A DNA stretch of 64,000 nucleotides, taken from an uncultured Gammaproteobacteria bacterium (GTDB lineage: Bacteria; Pseudomonadota; Gammaproteobacteria; Xanthomonadales; Rhodanobacteraceae). The notes under the pieces are model-generated. The model searched no databases, was not told where the DNA came from, and saw only the letters and a program-made list of their open reading frames with translations. The number at the start of each line of letters is the position of its first letter. The stretch's first letter is position 1. The stretch is taken from assembly GCA_963697555.1 (NCBI GenBank), contig CAVOOK010000006.1:17936-81935 (forward strand), in the 5' to 3' direction. A program made the translations under genes and the position numbers. This document shows, in pieces, positions 43,550-53,153 of this stretch.

Positions 43550-44559
43550 CACACACACCGGCCGCGATCGAGGAGCACCACGAGGCGAGCCGGCCGATCG
43601 GGCTCGACGATCTCGTCGGCCGCGACCGGCCACTGGTCATCCGCGGGCTGTGCCGGGACTGGCCGCTGGTGAAACTCGCCGCCCGCTCGGATACCGCGTT
43701 CGCCCAGGGGCTGGCCGCGCTCGACAGCGGCGCCGAGGTCGATGCGCTGCTCATGCCACCCGGCGAAGACGGCGTCATCGGCTACAACGCGACTTTCGAC
43801 GGCTTCAATTACGCGCATCATCGCGTCTCGATCACCCAGGGCCTCAAGCGACTGGCGCAACACAGCCGCGAGGAGCACTCGCCGGGTCTTGCGATGCAGA
43901 GTGCGCTTATCGCGGCATGCCTGCCTGGCCTGCTGGATGATCACGCCATTTCCTTTCTCGAGCCGGCCATCCAGCCGCGCATATGGATCGGGAACAAAGT
44001 CACCACGCCCACCCATTTTGACGAGTATCACAACGTCGCCTGCGTGGTTTGCGGCGTCCGCCGCTTCACGCTTTTCGCACCTGACCAGATACCCAATCTG
44101 TATGTCGGCCCGCTGGATTTTGCGCCCACCGGCGCCGCCATCAGCATCGCCCGTCTCGATCGTCCCGACGATCCGCGGTTTCCCCGCCTGAAACTCGCGC
44201 TGGCACAGGCGCAAGTGGCCGAGTTGCAACCCGGCGATGCCATCTACATCCCGCCGATGTGGTGGCATCACGTCGAATCACTGCGACGGCTCAATGCACT
44301 GGTGAACTATTGGTGGCGGCCCGTACCGGCCAATGGTCACGTGCCGGAGACCGCGATGGGATGCCTGCTGCATTGCATCCTCACCTTCAAGTCGCTGCCA
44401 CCGGCGGAACGCGCTGCGTGGAAAGGCCTGCTGGAGCATTACGTCTTTGGCGAAGCGGATCCCGCGGCGCATCTTCCCGTCGAGCGCCGCGGCGTGCTCG
44501 GGGAGCTCACGCCGGAGCTGGCCACGAAGTTGCGCGAGTCCGTTCGGCGTTATCTCTGA
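43546..44559 (+). CDS. JmjC/cupin-like Fe(II)/2OG oxygenase
   Basis: WIGN…THFD (HxD), LQPGDAIYIPPMWWHHV (distal His), LVNYWW. Confidence 0.88.
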   Translation: MTHTPAAIEEHHEASRPIGLDDLVGRDRPLVIRGLCRDWPLVKLAARSDTAFAQGLAALDSGAEVDALLMPPGEDGVIGYNATFDGFNYAHHRVSITQGLKRLAQHSREEHSPGLAMQSALIAACLPGLLDDHAISFLEPAIQPRIWIGNKVTTPTHFDEYHNVACVVCGVRRFTLFAPDQIPNLYVGPLDFAPTGAAISIARLDRPDDPRFPRLKLALAQAQVAELQPGDAIYIPPMWWHHVESLRRLNALVNYWWRPVPANGHVPETAMGCLLHCILTFKSLPPAERAAWKGLLEHYVFGEADPAAHLPVERRGVLGELTPELATKLRESVRRYL

Positions 44560-44712
44560 CGCAGGGCGGGTAAGCCGTGCATCGTCTTGCGCGAGGCGGA
44601 TGCGATTCCCGCGCGCCGGGGATGCCGCTAAGATGATCGCTTGCCGCAGTGCGGCACACGTCTTCGCAGGAGCGCAACCCCGCTGCCCCTGCCTTCCGGA
44701 TCGAACCAGAGC

Positions 44713-45924
44713 ATGAGCAAGATCGTGGATTTCAACGCCTACCCCGACGCGCAAGGCCGCTTCGGCGACTACGGCGGCAGTTACGTGGCCGAGACGCTGA
44801 TGGCGCCGCTGGCGGAACTGACCGAGGCGTACCTTCGCCTGCGCGACGATCCGGCCTTCATCGCCGAGCTCGACCGCGACCTGAAACATTACGTCGGCAG
44901 GCCAAGCCCGATCTACCACGCCGAGCGGTTGTCGAAGCAGGTCGGTGGCGCGCGCATCCTGTTCAAGCGCGAGGACCTGAACCACACCGGCGCGCACAAG
45001 ATCAACAACACGGTGGGCCAGGCGCTGGTCGCCAAGCGCATGGGCAAGCCGCGCATCATCGCCGAGACCGGTGCCGGCCAGCACGGCGTGGCCAGCGCCA
45101 CGGTGGCCGCGCGACTCGGCCTGAAGTGCGTGGTGTACATGGGTGCGGTCGACATCGAGCGACAGAAGATAAACGTCTATCGCATGAAGCTGCTCGGTGC
45201 CGAAGTCGTGCCGGTCACCTCGGGCTCCAAAACGCTGAAGGACGCGTTGAACGAGGCGATGCGCGACTGGGTCACCAACGTCGCCGACACCTTCTACATC
45301 ATCGGCACCGTGGCCGGGCCGCATCCGTATCCGCTGATGGTGCGCGACTTCAACGCGATCGTGGGCCGCGAGGCGCGTGCGCAGATGCTGCAGGAATACG
45401 GCCGCCTACCCGACGTGCTGACCGCATGCGTCGGCGGCGGCTCCAACGCGATCGGCCTGTTCCACGCCTTCCTCAATGATGCCGACGTGCGCATCGTCGG
45501 CGCCGAGGCTGCGGGTGAGGGCATCGCGACGGGTCATCATGCCGCGTCGCTGGCCGCTGGTCGTCCCGGTGTACTGCACGGCAATCGCACCTACGTGCTG
45601 TGCGACGACAATGGCCAGATCACCGAGACGCATTCGATCTCCGCCGGCCTCGATTACCCCGGCGTCGGCCCCGAGCATGCGTTCCTGAAGGACGCCGGTC
45701 GCGCCGAATACGTCGGGGTGACCGATGACGAGGCGATGGAGGCGTTCCATCTGCTGGCGCGCAGCGAAGGCATTCTTGCCGCGCTGGAATCCAGTCATGC
45801 GGTGGCGCAGGCGATCAAGCTGGCGCGGGACATGCCGAAGGACGGCATCGTGCTGTGCAACCTGTCCGGCCGTGGCGACAAAGACGTGCACACGATCGCC
45901 GCGCGCGAGGGGGTCGACGTATGA
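44713..45924 (+). CDS. trpB: tryptophan synthase beta chain
   Basis: [31 protein letters not shown]. Confidence 0.98.
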   Translation: MSKIVDFNAYPDAQGRFGDYGGSYVAETLMAPLAELTEAYLRLRDDPAFIAELDRDLKHYVGRPSPIYHAERLSKQVGGARILFKREDLNHTGAHKINNTVGQALVAKRMGKPRIIAETGAGQHGVASATVAARLGLKCVVYMGAVDIERQKINVYRMKLLGAEVVPVTSGSKTLKDALNEAMRDWVTNVADTFYIIGTVAGPHPYPLMVRDFNAIVGREARAQMLQEYGRLPDVLTACVGGGSNAIGLFHAFLNDADVRIVGAEAAGEGIATGHHAASLAAGRPGVLHGNRTYVLCDDNGQITETHSISAGLDYPGVGPEHAFLKDAGRAEYVGVTDDEAMEAFHLLARSEGILAALESSHAVAQAIKLARDMPKDGIVLCNLSGRGDKDVHTIAAREGVDV

Positions 45925-46721
45925 GCAGGATCGACCGCCGTTTCGCTACATTGAAAGCTGCGGGCCGCACGGGCCTGATTCCGTTCGTCACGGCGGGCGA
46001 TCCGTCGCCGCAGCATATGGTGGCGATGATGCACGCACTGGTTGGGGCGGGCGCCGACCTGATCGAACTGGGCGTGCCGTTTTCCGATCCGATGGCCGAT
46101 GGCCCGGTGATCCAGCATGCCAGTGAGCGGGCCATCGCAAAGGGCATTGGCCTGGACCAGGTGCTGGGCTGGGTCGCCGCGTTCCGCCAGCGCGATGCGG
46201 AGACGCCGATCGTGCTGATGGGCTACCTGAATCCGGTCGAGATCCACGGCTATGCGCGCTTCGCGCAGGAAGCCGTCGAGGCGGGTGTCGACGGCGTGCT
46301 GCTGGTCGACTGCCCGCTGGAAGAAGCCGCCGTCCTGCAGCCGCTGCGCGACGCCGGGCTGCAGCAGATCCTGCTGGCCGCGCCGACCACCGCACCCGCA
46401 CGTATGGCGCAGCTGTGCGGGTCGGCGGAGGGTTTCCTGTACTATGTGTCGTTTGCCGGCATCACCGGTGCGGCACAGTTGAGCACTGGCGATATCGCTG
46501 CGCGCGTGGCCGATGTTCGGGCGCATGCGAAAGCGCCGGTGGCGGTGGGCTTCGGTATCCGCGACGCGGCAAGCGCGAAGGCGATTGCCGATTTTGCCGA
46601 CGCGGTGGTGATTGGCAGCGCGCTGGTCGAGCGATTGGCCGGGGCAACGGATGCCGACGACATAACCGTGCGGGTCCAGGCGTTTCTCGCGCCGATCCGC
46701 AGCGCACTCGATGCGCATTGA
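45921..46721 (+). CDS. trpA: tryptophan synthase alpha chain
   Basis: [25 protein letters not shown]. Confidence 0.97.
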   Translation: MSRIDRRFATLKAAGRTGLIPFVTAGDPSPQHMVAMMHALVGAGADLIELGVPFSDPMADGPVIQHASERAIAKGIGLDQVLGWVAAFRQRDAETPIVLMGYLNPVEIHGYARFAQEAVEAGVDGVLLVDCPLEEAAVLQPLRDAGLQQILLAAPTTAPARMAQLCGSAEGFLYYVSFAGITGAAQLSTGDIAARVADVRAHAKAPVAVGFGIRDAASAKAIADFADAVVIGSALVERLAGATDADDITVRVQAFLAPIRSALDAH

Positions 46722-46772
46722 GAACGAGCGCCGCCTGCAGGTGGCGCGCTCACGAATGATCAAGGTGATGCG

Positions 46773-47642
46773 ATGAACTGGCTGCAGAAAATCATGAACC
46801 CGCGCACCCGCCCGCAGAGTACGAACGGCGGCAAGGGTTCGGTGCCCGAGGGCGTGTGGGAGAAGTGCGGCGGTTGCGGCACCGTGCTGTACAAGCCGGA
46901 GCTGGAACGCAACCTGATGGTCTGCCCCAAGTGCGGCCATCATCACTACATCAGCGCGCGCATGCGGCTCGATGCGCTGCTGGACGAGGGGTCGGCGCAG
47001 GAATTGTGGGCCAGCCTGGAGCCCACCGATCCATTGAAATTCCGCGACACCAAGAAATATCGCGATCGCATCATCGCCACCCAGAAAAAATTGGGCGAGA
47101 AGGACGCGATGGTCGCGATGAGCGGCAAGCTCAAGGGCCGTCCGCTGATGGCGGTGGCGTTCGAGTTCGCCTACATGGGCGGCTCGATGGGCTCGGTGGT
47201 GGGCGAGAAATTCGCCCGCGCCGCCGAGCGTGCATTGGCCGACAGGAGCGCGCTGGTGTGCTTCTCCGCCACCGGCGGCGCGCGCATGCAGGAGGCGCTG
47301 TTCTCGCTGATGCAGATGGCCAAGACCTCGGCTGCGCTGGCGCGCCTGCGTGATGCCGGCGTGCCGTACATCAGCGTGCTTACCAACCCGACCACCGGCG
47401 GCGTGTCCGCGAGCCTGGCGATGCTGGGCGACATCAACATTGGGGAGCCGAAGGCGTTGATCGGTTTTGCCGGCCCCCGCGTGATCGAGCAGACCGTGCG
47501 TGAAACGCTGCCCGAAGGCTTCCAGCGTTCGGAGTTCCTGGTCGATCATGGTGCGATCGATCTGATCGTCGATCGCCGCGAGATGCGCGACAAACTGGCC
47601 GACCTTTTCGGCATCCTGACGAAGGCGCCGCGCGCGGCCTGA
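46773..47642 (+). CDS. accD: acetyl-CoA carboxylase carboxyltransferase beta
   Basis: CGGC…CPKC zinc finger, [28 protein letters not shown]. Confidence 0.97.
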   Translation: MNWLQKIMNPRTRPQSTNGGKGSVPEGVWEKCGGCGTVLYKPELERNLMVCPKCGHHHYISARMRLDALLDEGSAQELWASLEPTDPLKFRDTKKYRDRIIATQKKLGEKDAMVAMSGKLKGRPLMAVAFEFAYMGGSMGSVVGEKFARAAERALADRSALVCFSATGGARMQEALFSLMQMAKTSAALARLRDAGVPYISVLTNPTTGGVSASLAMLGDINIGEPKALIGFAGPRVIEQTVRETLPEGFQRSEFLVDHGAIDLIVDRREMRDKLADLFGILTKAPRAA

Positions 47643-47663
47643 CAAGAGTCGCGGGTTGCCCCG

Positions 47664-47697
47664 AACGATGCCGCCTCCGGGCGGCATCATCGTTTTC
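47664..47697 (+). terminator. intrinsic terminator after accD
   Basis: GATGCCGCC-TCCG-GGCGGCATC followed by ATCGTTTT. Confidence 0.7.
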
Positions 47698-47706
47698 GTT
47701 GCGGAG

Positions 47707-47901
47707 TTTTCCACAAAGCGTGTGGACGTGTTTCGGTAAAGCCTGTGGACAAACCACGTTTGCCGCTTGTCCATCAGGCACTTGCTACGCGTTGGTCATG
47801 GATTGCGCATGACGACCGTCGCAATCGACGCGGCGTCACATCGAATCGCGAACAGTTTTCCACACAGCTTGTGCGCGGCTTCTGTACGAGGCTGTGGAAA
47901 A
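47707..47901. promoter_or_regulatory. DnaA-box cluster (two three-box modules)
   Basis: TTTTCCACA at 47707 and 47856; TGTGGAAAA at 47893; TGTGGACAA at 47744; weaker boxes at 47721 and 47870. Confidence 0.65.
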
Positions 47902-47970
47902 GTAGGCTATCTACCTGACCTCAAAGGCGCTTGTGACGGCGTGCACACATGTTGCCCAACGCCGCCACGG

Positions 47971-48531
47971 TCAGCATGGCGGCATCAGCCACAACGACAT
48001 CGCACCAAGCATGCTGCCGATGGCGACGGCCGCCAGCACATCGCTGGGATAGTGCAGGCCGAGGATCACCCGCGAGGCGGCGACCAGCGCAGTGAACACC
48101 AGCAGCGGTGGCGCCAGCATCGGATACCAGGCCAGCGCCACGATGCTGAAACCCACAGCCTGCAAGGTATGACCGGATGGGAAACTGAATTCGTCCAGCG
48201 GCGGTACATGGGCGATGACATCGGGACAGGCGCGGTACGGACGCTGGCGGCGTGTCCAGCGCTTCAACAGCCGATACAGCAGCAGAGCCGCAAGCCCGGT
48301 CGCCGCCATATGCATGGCGGCGGCGATGCCGCGTTGACCACCAAGGAACGCCAATGCAGCCATCAGCGCATACCAGAACAGACCGTCGCCGAGCCGGCTG
48401 ATCGTGCCGAAAAACTGTCCGACCAGACGACGGGCGCCCCAGTGGTTTGCTATCACGCAAACCCGGTGATCCAGGGCGAACCGCGGTCCGGAGAGGCGTT
48501 CAAGAGCTGGCGGCGATGTCGGCATGTCCAT
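47971..48531 (-). CDS. PAP2-family membrane phosphatase
   Basis: KRWTRRQRP, SFPSGH, SRVILGLHYPSD. Confidence 0.92.
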   Translation of the reverse strand: MDMPTSPPALERLSGPRFALDHRVCVIANHWGARRLVGQFFGTISRLGDGLFWYALMAALAFLGGQRGIAAAMHMAATGLAALLLYRLLKRWTRRQRPYRACPDVIAHVPPLDEFSFPSGHTLQAVGFSIVALAWYPMLAPPLLVFTALVAASRVILGLHYPSDVLAAVAIGSMLGAMSLWLMPPC

Positions 48532-49660
48532 GCACGTTCTCCTCGGCCATTTCGCGGAGCAGGGTTTCGAAATCGCGGATCACCGCCTCGGGCGACAGAC
48601 CTGCCACACCGGCATGGGCGGCGCGTCCCATGTGCCGGATCAACGCCGGGTTGCCGGCCAGCTTTGTCGCCGCACGAACGAACGCGGTCGCGTCGCCTGG
48701 TTCGATGCTGTAGCCGTTGATACCGTCGGCGAGGTGCTCGCGCGCAGCCCCTTGCGCAAACGCGATCACCGGCAAGCCGGCGGCCATCGCCTCGATGATC
48801 ACGTTGCCGAACGTCTCGCTCAGGCTGGGGAACGGGAAAAGGTCGGCGCTGGCGTAATGACGCGCCAGCGCTTCCCCGCGCTGCACGCCAGCGAAGATGA
48901 AGTCCGGATTCTGCATCTGCAGCGTGGCGCGTGCCGGGCCGTCACCAACCCATACATAGCGTGCCTGCGGCACCTGTTGCCGGATCGCGTGAAAAGCCTG
49001 CACCGCCAGCTGAAGATTCTTTTCCGGCGCGATGCGCCCGACGTACAGCACCACCGGCGTCGTGGCATCGACCCCCCAGCTTGCGCGCAATGTTGCATCG
49101 CGGCGGTCCGGATGAAACAGTTTCGCGTCCACTGCGCGGCGCAACAGACGTGCATTGTCGATGCCCATGGCGTGCAACTCCTGCGCTAGCGCGCTGGTCG
49201 GTACGAGAGTGGTCATGGCGCGCCGGTGGAAACGGCCCAGGTAACCGCGCACCAGCGGTGTGAGCATGCTCACGCCGTAATGGCCGGCGTAATGGTCGAA
49301 GCGTGTGTGAAATCCGCTACTGAGCGGAATGCGCAGATGCCTGGCTGCGCGCATGGCTGACCAGCCGAGCGGGCCTTCGGTGGCGACATAGACCGCATCG
49401 GGACGCTGTTCTTGCCAGTGCCGACGCAAGCGGCGACCGGCCGGCATACCCAGACGCAAGCCGGGATAGAAGGGCAGGCCGACGCCACGCATTTCGAATG
49501 CTTCGATGCCGCGTTCATCGGGGTGCGGTTCTGGCTGCCGCGGGCGGATCAGGTCGATGCTGTGGCCACGCGCGGCGAGGCCGGCGGCGAAATGATGCAC
49601 GGTCAGTGCGACGCCGTTGATTTCCGGAGGATAGGTTTCGCTGACGATACCGATGCGCAT
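48500..49660 (-). CDS. GT4 glycosyltransferase (Agt-like)
   Basis: SETYPPEINGVA, ATEGPLG, FHTRFD, VGRIAPEKN, SETFGNVIIEAMA. Confidence 0.9.
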   Translation of the reverse strand: MRIGIVSETYPPEINGVALTVHHFAAGLAARGHSIDLIRPRQPEPHPDERGIEAFEMRGVGLPFYPGLRLGMPAGRRLRRHWQEQRPDAVYVATEGPLGWSAMRAARHLRIPLSSGFHTRFDHYAGHYGVSMLTPLVRGYLGRFHRRAMTTLVPTSALAQELHAMGIDNARLLRRAVDAKLFHPDRRDATLRASWGVDATTPVVLYVGRIAPEKNLQLAVQAFHAIRQQVPQARYVWVGDGPARATLQMQNPDFIFAGVQRGEALARHYASADLFPFPSLSETFGNVIIEAMAAGLPVIAFAQGAAREHLADGINGYSIEPGDATAFVRAATKLAGNPALIRHMGRAAHAGVAGLSPEAVIRDFETLLREMAEENVHGHADIAASS

Positions 49661-49700
49661 GACGACACCCGTGCTGGCTGCGCGCAGCTTCGCCGGCCAG

Positions 49701-49741
49701 CATTGCGACGACATGGCGGGCGCATGACGTCATGGTGAACG
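49701..49741 (-). promoter_or_regulatory. PHO-box-like 11-bp periodic repeats
   Basis: Minus strand CGTTCAC-catg-ACGTCAT-gcgc-CCGCCAT-gtcg-TCGCAAT, ending ~40 nt upstream of the GT4 start. Confidence 0.45.
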
Positions 49742-49801
49742 GCGGCGGCTTCGAAGGCGCCGCCTCGCTTACACTGGGTCATCCTTCACCACTGGAGACC
49801 G

Positions 49802-50236
49802 ATGATGAAACGCATCCTGCTCGCCCTTGCCCTGACCGGATTGACCGGCGCCGCGCTGGCCGCCAACGCTGGCCTGCCGGTTACGCCAGCACCCGGCGGC
49901 GCCGCGGTCTACATCATTTCGCCCGCCAACGGCGCCACCGTGGGCCAGGACGTCATCGTGCGTTTCGGTCTCAAGGGCATGGGCGTGGCACCGGCCGGGG
50001 TGACCAAGGAGCACACCGGCCACCATCACCTACTGGTCGACGTGAAAGAACTGCCTGCCGCAGGCCGGCCGATCCCTAACGACGCCAACCACCTCCACTT
50101 CGGTGGCGGCCAGACCGAGACCACGCTCAAGCTGAAGCCCGGCACGCACACTCTGCAACTGGAACTTGGCGACCAGAACCACGTGCCGTTCGATCCGGCG
50201 GTGGTGTCGAGGAAGATCACCATCCACGTGAAATGA
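49802..50236 (+). CDS. DUF4399 exported protein
   Basis: Signal peptide, [33 protein letters not shown]. Confidence 0.88.
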   Translation: MMKRILLALALTGLTGAALAANAGLPVTPAPGGAAVYIISPANGATVGQDVIVRFGLKGMGVAPAGVTKEHTGHHHLLVDVKELPAAGRPIPNDANHLHFGGGQTETTLKLKPGTHTLQLELGDQNHVPFDPAVVSRKITIHVK

Positions 50237-50306
50237 TCGATCCGAGCCCGGGTTGTGTGCGGCATCGGCTAAAATCGACAGCTTCACCTCTCGCTGTCGA
50301 ACTCCG

Positions 50307-51707
50307 ATGACCGTACGCACCCGCTTCGCCCCCAGCCCCACCGGCTTCCTGCATATCGGCGGTGCGCGCACCGCGCTGTATTGCTGGCTGGAATCGCGCC
50401 GCCGTGGTGGTGAATTCATCCTGCGCATCGAGGACACCGATCGCGAGCGCTCGACCGATGCGGCGGTGAAGGCCATCATCGACGCGATGCACTGGCTCGG
50501 ACTGGACCCGGATGAAGGCCCGTTCTACCAGACCCAGCGGCTGGATCGTTACAGGCAGGTCGCCGACGAACTGGTGGCTGCCGGCAAGGCCTATTACGCC
50601 TACGAGAGCAAGGCGGAGATCGAGGCAATGCGCGAGGCCGCGATGGCGAAGGGCGAAAAGCCGCGCTACAACGGCCATTATCGCGACCGCAACGAGCCTT
50701 TCCGCGAAGATCCCCATCGCGTGATCCGTTTCCGCAATCCGGGCGAAGGCTCGGTAGTGTTCGACGACAAGGTCAAGGGCCGCATCGAATGGGCGAACAA
50801 CGAGCTGGACGATCTGGTGATCTTCCGCTCCGACGGCTGGCCCACGTACAACTTCGCCGTGGTCGTCGACGATATCGACATGGGCATCACCGAGGTGATC
50901 CGCGGCGACGACCACGTCAACAACACGCCGCGCCAGATCAACATCTATCACGCGCTGGGCGCCAAGGTGCCGGAGTTCGCACACCTGCCGATGATCCTCG
51001 ACAAGGAAGGCAAGAAGCTCTCCAAGCGCACCAGCGCGGTCAGCGTGATGGAATACCGCGACGATGGCTTTCTGCCGCACGCCTTGCTCAACTACCTGGT
51101 ACGGCTGGGGTGGTCGCACGGCGACCAGGAGATTTTCTCGCGCGAGGAGATGATTGCGCTGTTCGACATCGCCGACGTCAACAAGGCCGCTTCGCGCTTC
51201 GACACCGAAAAGCTGGCCTGGCTCAACCAGCATTACCTGAAGACCGATGACCCGCAATCGCTGGCGCCGGAGTTCGCCTGGCATCTGGCCCGCGCGGGCG
51301 TCGATACCTCGCACGGGCCGGCACCGGCCGACGTCATCGTGGCGTTGCGCGATCGCGTGCATACGTTCAAGGAAATGGTCGAGAAGGCCATGATCTGGTA
51401 CGCGCCGATCGCCGAATGGGACGAAAAAGCGGTTGCCAAACATCTGAAGAACGACACTGCGGTGGCCGTCCTCGATGCGGCAAAACCACTGCTGGCACAA
51501 TGCGAGTGGAAGCCCGAAGCCATCCATCAGGTAATCGAACAGGTGGCCGCAAGGCTCGAACTCGGCATGGGCAAGATCGCCCAGCCGCTGCGGGTGGCCA
51601 TGACGGGAACCCAGGTGTCGCCGTCGATCGACCAGACGATCTATCTCGTCGGTCGCGTCGAGGCGCTCAAGCGCATGGACGATGCGATCGTCATGGCGCG
51701 AGGCTGA
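50307..51707 (+). CDS. gltX: glutamate--tRNA ligase
   Basis: [24 protein letters not shown]. Confidence 0.98.
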   Translation: MTVRTRFAPSPTGFLHIGGARTALYCWLESRRRGGEFILRIEDTDRERSTDAAVKAIIDAMHWLGLDPDEGPFYQTQRLDRYRQVADELVAAGKAYYAYESKAEIEAMREAAMAKGEKPRYNGHYRDRNEPFREDPHRVIRFRNPGEGSVVFDDKVKGRIEWANNELDDLVIFRSDGWPTYNFAVVVDDIDMGITEVIRGDDHVNNTPRQINIYHALGAKVPEFAHLPMILDKEGKKLSKRTSAVSVMEYRDDGFLPHALLNYLVRLGWSHGDQEIFSREEMIALFDIADVNKAASRFDTEKLAWLNQHYLKTDDPQSLAPEFAWHLARAGVDTSHGPAPADVIVALRDRVHTFKEMVEKAMIWYAPIAEWDEKAVAKHLKNDTAVAVLDAAKPLLAQCEWKPEAIHQVIEQVAARLELGMGKIAQPLRVAMTGTQVSPSIDQTIYLVGRVEALKRMDDAIVMARG

Positions 51708-51740
51708 CCCTCGCGATGCGGCTGACAAACTGACGTCGGC

Positions 51741-52019
51741 ATGGACGAGTGGCTTGCCAAGGCTACCCAGGGCGTCGATCTCGATGCGCCGGGGGCGTTC
51801 TGGCACGTCTTCTTCAACCTGTTGAATATGCTGCCGTGGGCAGCCATGTTCTGGTGGAACCTGCTGTTTGTCGCCGTGGGCGCGCTGATCGGCTGGTGGC
51901 GTGGGAGATTGCTGGAAGGCATCGTATGGTCGTGCGTGCTGGGTCCGATCGGCTGGATCGTGGTCCTGCTCAGGCCGCGACCAAAACCTGGTGTGACGCC
52001 ACCGCCACTGCGCCGTTGA
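51741..52019 (+). CDS. small Trp-rich membrane protein
   Basis: 92 aa, 2-3 hydrophobic segments, LGPIGWIVV. Confidence 0.65.
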   Translation: MDEWLAKATQGVDLDAPGAFWHVFFNLLNMLPWAAMFWWNLLFVAVGALIGWWRGRLLEGIVWSCVLGPIGWIVVLLRPRPKPGVTPPPLRR

Positions 52020-52072
52020 CCCCGTCGGACCCCGTAAGGGCGGCAGAGTATGATCAAACGAAGAGGTGTGCC

Positions 52073-52555
52073 TTGAGCAATTCCACGGACAATCCGCACA
52101 CGCACCCCGCGCATCATCACGATGCCAAGGGTTTCGTGCGTGCGGTGGAACACGCCAGCGAGGAACGCGGGCTGCGGCTGACCCCGTTGCGCAAGGAAGT
52201 GCTGGAACTGATTGCCGCCGCCCACAAGCCGGTCAAGGCCTACGACCTGCTCGATCAGCTGCGCGAAAAGCACGGCAACGCGGCGCCTCCCACGGTCTAT
52301 CGCGCCCTGGATTTCCTGTTGGAGAACGGCTTCATCCACAAGCTGGAGTCGATCAACGCCTTCGTGTCCTGCCATCACCCGACCGAGGCGCACCAGGTCC
52401 CATTTCTGATCTGCGATACCTGCTCCAGTGCACAGGAGGTCTGCGATGAACGGGTGGCCGAACTGATCGAGGCACAGGCCCGCGCGCTGGGTTTCCGCCC
52501 GCAGGCGCAAACCCTGGAAGTGCACGGCACCTGCAAGCATTGCCGCAAGGCCTGA
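52073..52555 (+). CDS. zur: zinc uptake regulator (Fur family)
   Basis: TTG start after GAGG; KAYDLLD, PPTVYRALDFL, FVSCHH, CDTC and CKHC. Confidence 0.9.
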   Translation: MSNSTDNPHTHPAHHHDAKGFVRAVEHASEERGLRLTPLRKEVLELIAAAHKPVKAYDLLDQLREKHGNAAPPTVYRALDFLLENGFIHKLESINAFVSCHHPTEAHQVPFLICDTCSSAQEVCDERVAELIEAQARALGFRPQAQTLEVHGTCKHCRKA

Positions 52556-52586
52556 AGCCACGCCTGCCGGGTGTGGTGCTGGGGAG

Positions 52587-52601
52587 TGTTATAAAGTAAC
52601 A
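52587..52601. promoter_or_regulatory. Zur box
   Basis: TGTTATAAAGTAACA, close to the proteobacterial Zur palindrome TGTTAT-N3-ATAACA; AT-rich island in GC-rich DNA. Confidence 0.75.
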
Positions 52602-52651
52602 TGCGTGCACCGGACAAAAGTCGCCATACCTGGTGACGCCGGAGCAGGCCG

Positions 52652-53086
52652 ATGGATTCCGAGCAGGCGAACAAATCCCGCATGTGGCAGATGGCCGATC
52701 GCATCGGTGCGACGGCCTCGTTCCTGTGCGCGATCCACTGTGCATTGTTGCCGTTCGTGCTCGTGCTGTTGCCCGTCGTGGGGCTGGAGTTTCTCGCCGA
52801 CCAGCGTTTTGAACGCGGCTTTGTGCTGTTCGCCTGCGCGCTGGCGCTGGTGGCACTGATTCGCGGCTTTCGTCGCCATCAGCGGCCGTTGCCCCTGGTG
52901 CTGGCGATCCCGGGCCTGGTGTTGCTGCTGCTCGGCGTTACCTACGCCGAAGCGTATTCAGCGATGCTGCACAGCGTGCTGGTGACCTGCGGCGGCCTGC
53001 TGCTGGCCAGTGCGCATTTCGTCAATCTGCGCCGCGACAGCCGCCACGAGGGGCGCCACGTGCACGATGCGCAATGCGCGCACTGA
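52652..53086 (+). CDS. MerC-domain membrane protein
   Basis: DRIGATASFLCAIHC, four TM helices, His/Cys tail HEGRHVHDAQCAH. Confidence 0.85.
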   Translation: MDSEQANKSRMWQMADRIGATASFLCAIHCALLPFVLVLLPVVGLEFLADQRFERGFVLFACALALVALIRGFRRHQRPLPLVLAIPGLVLLLLGVTYAEAYSAMLHSVLVTCGGLLLASAHFVNLRRDSRHEGRHVHDAQCAH

Positions 53087-53153
53087 AGGTCGGCGGAATG
53101 TTTCCGACGGCGGGTGATTGTGTAACGGCCGGTGCCGTTTCTAGCATGCGCGG

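Noticed and set aside
47643..47970. oriC at the DnaA-box cluster
   Set aside because: No dnaA/dnaN/gidA context and no AT-rich unwinding element; a non-origin DnaA site fits better.
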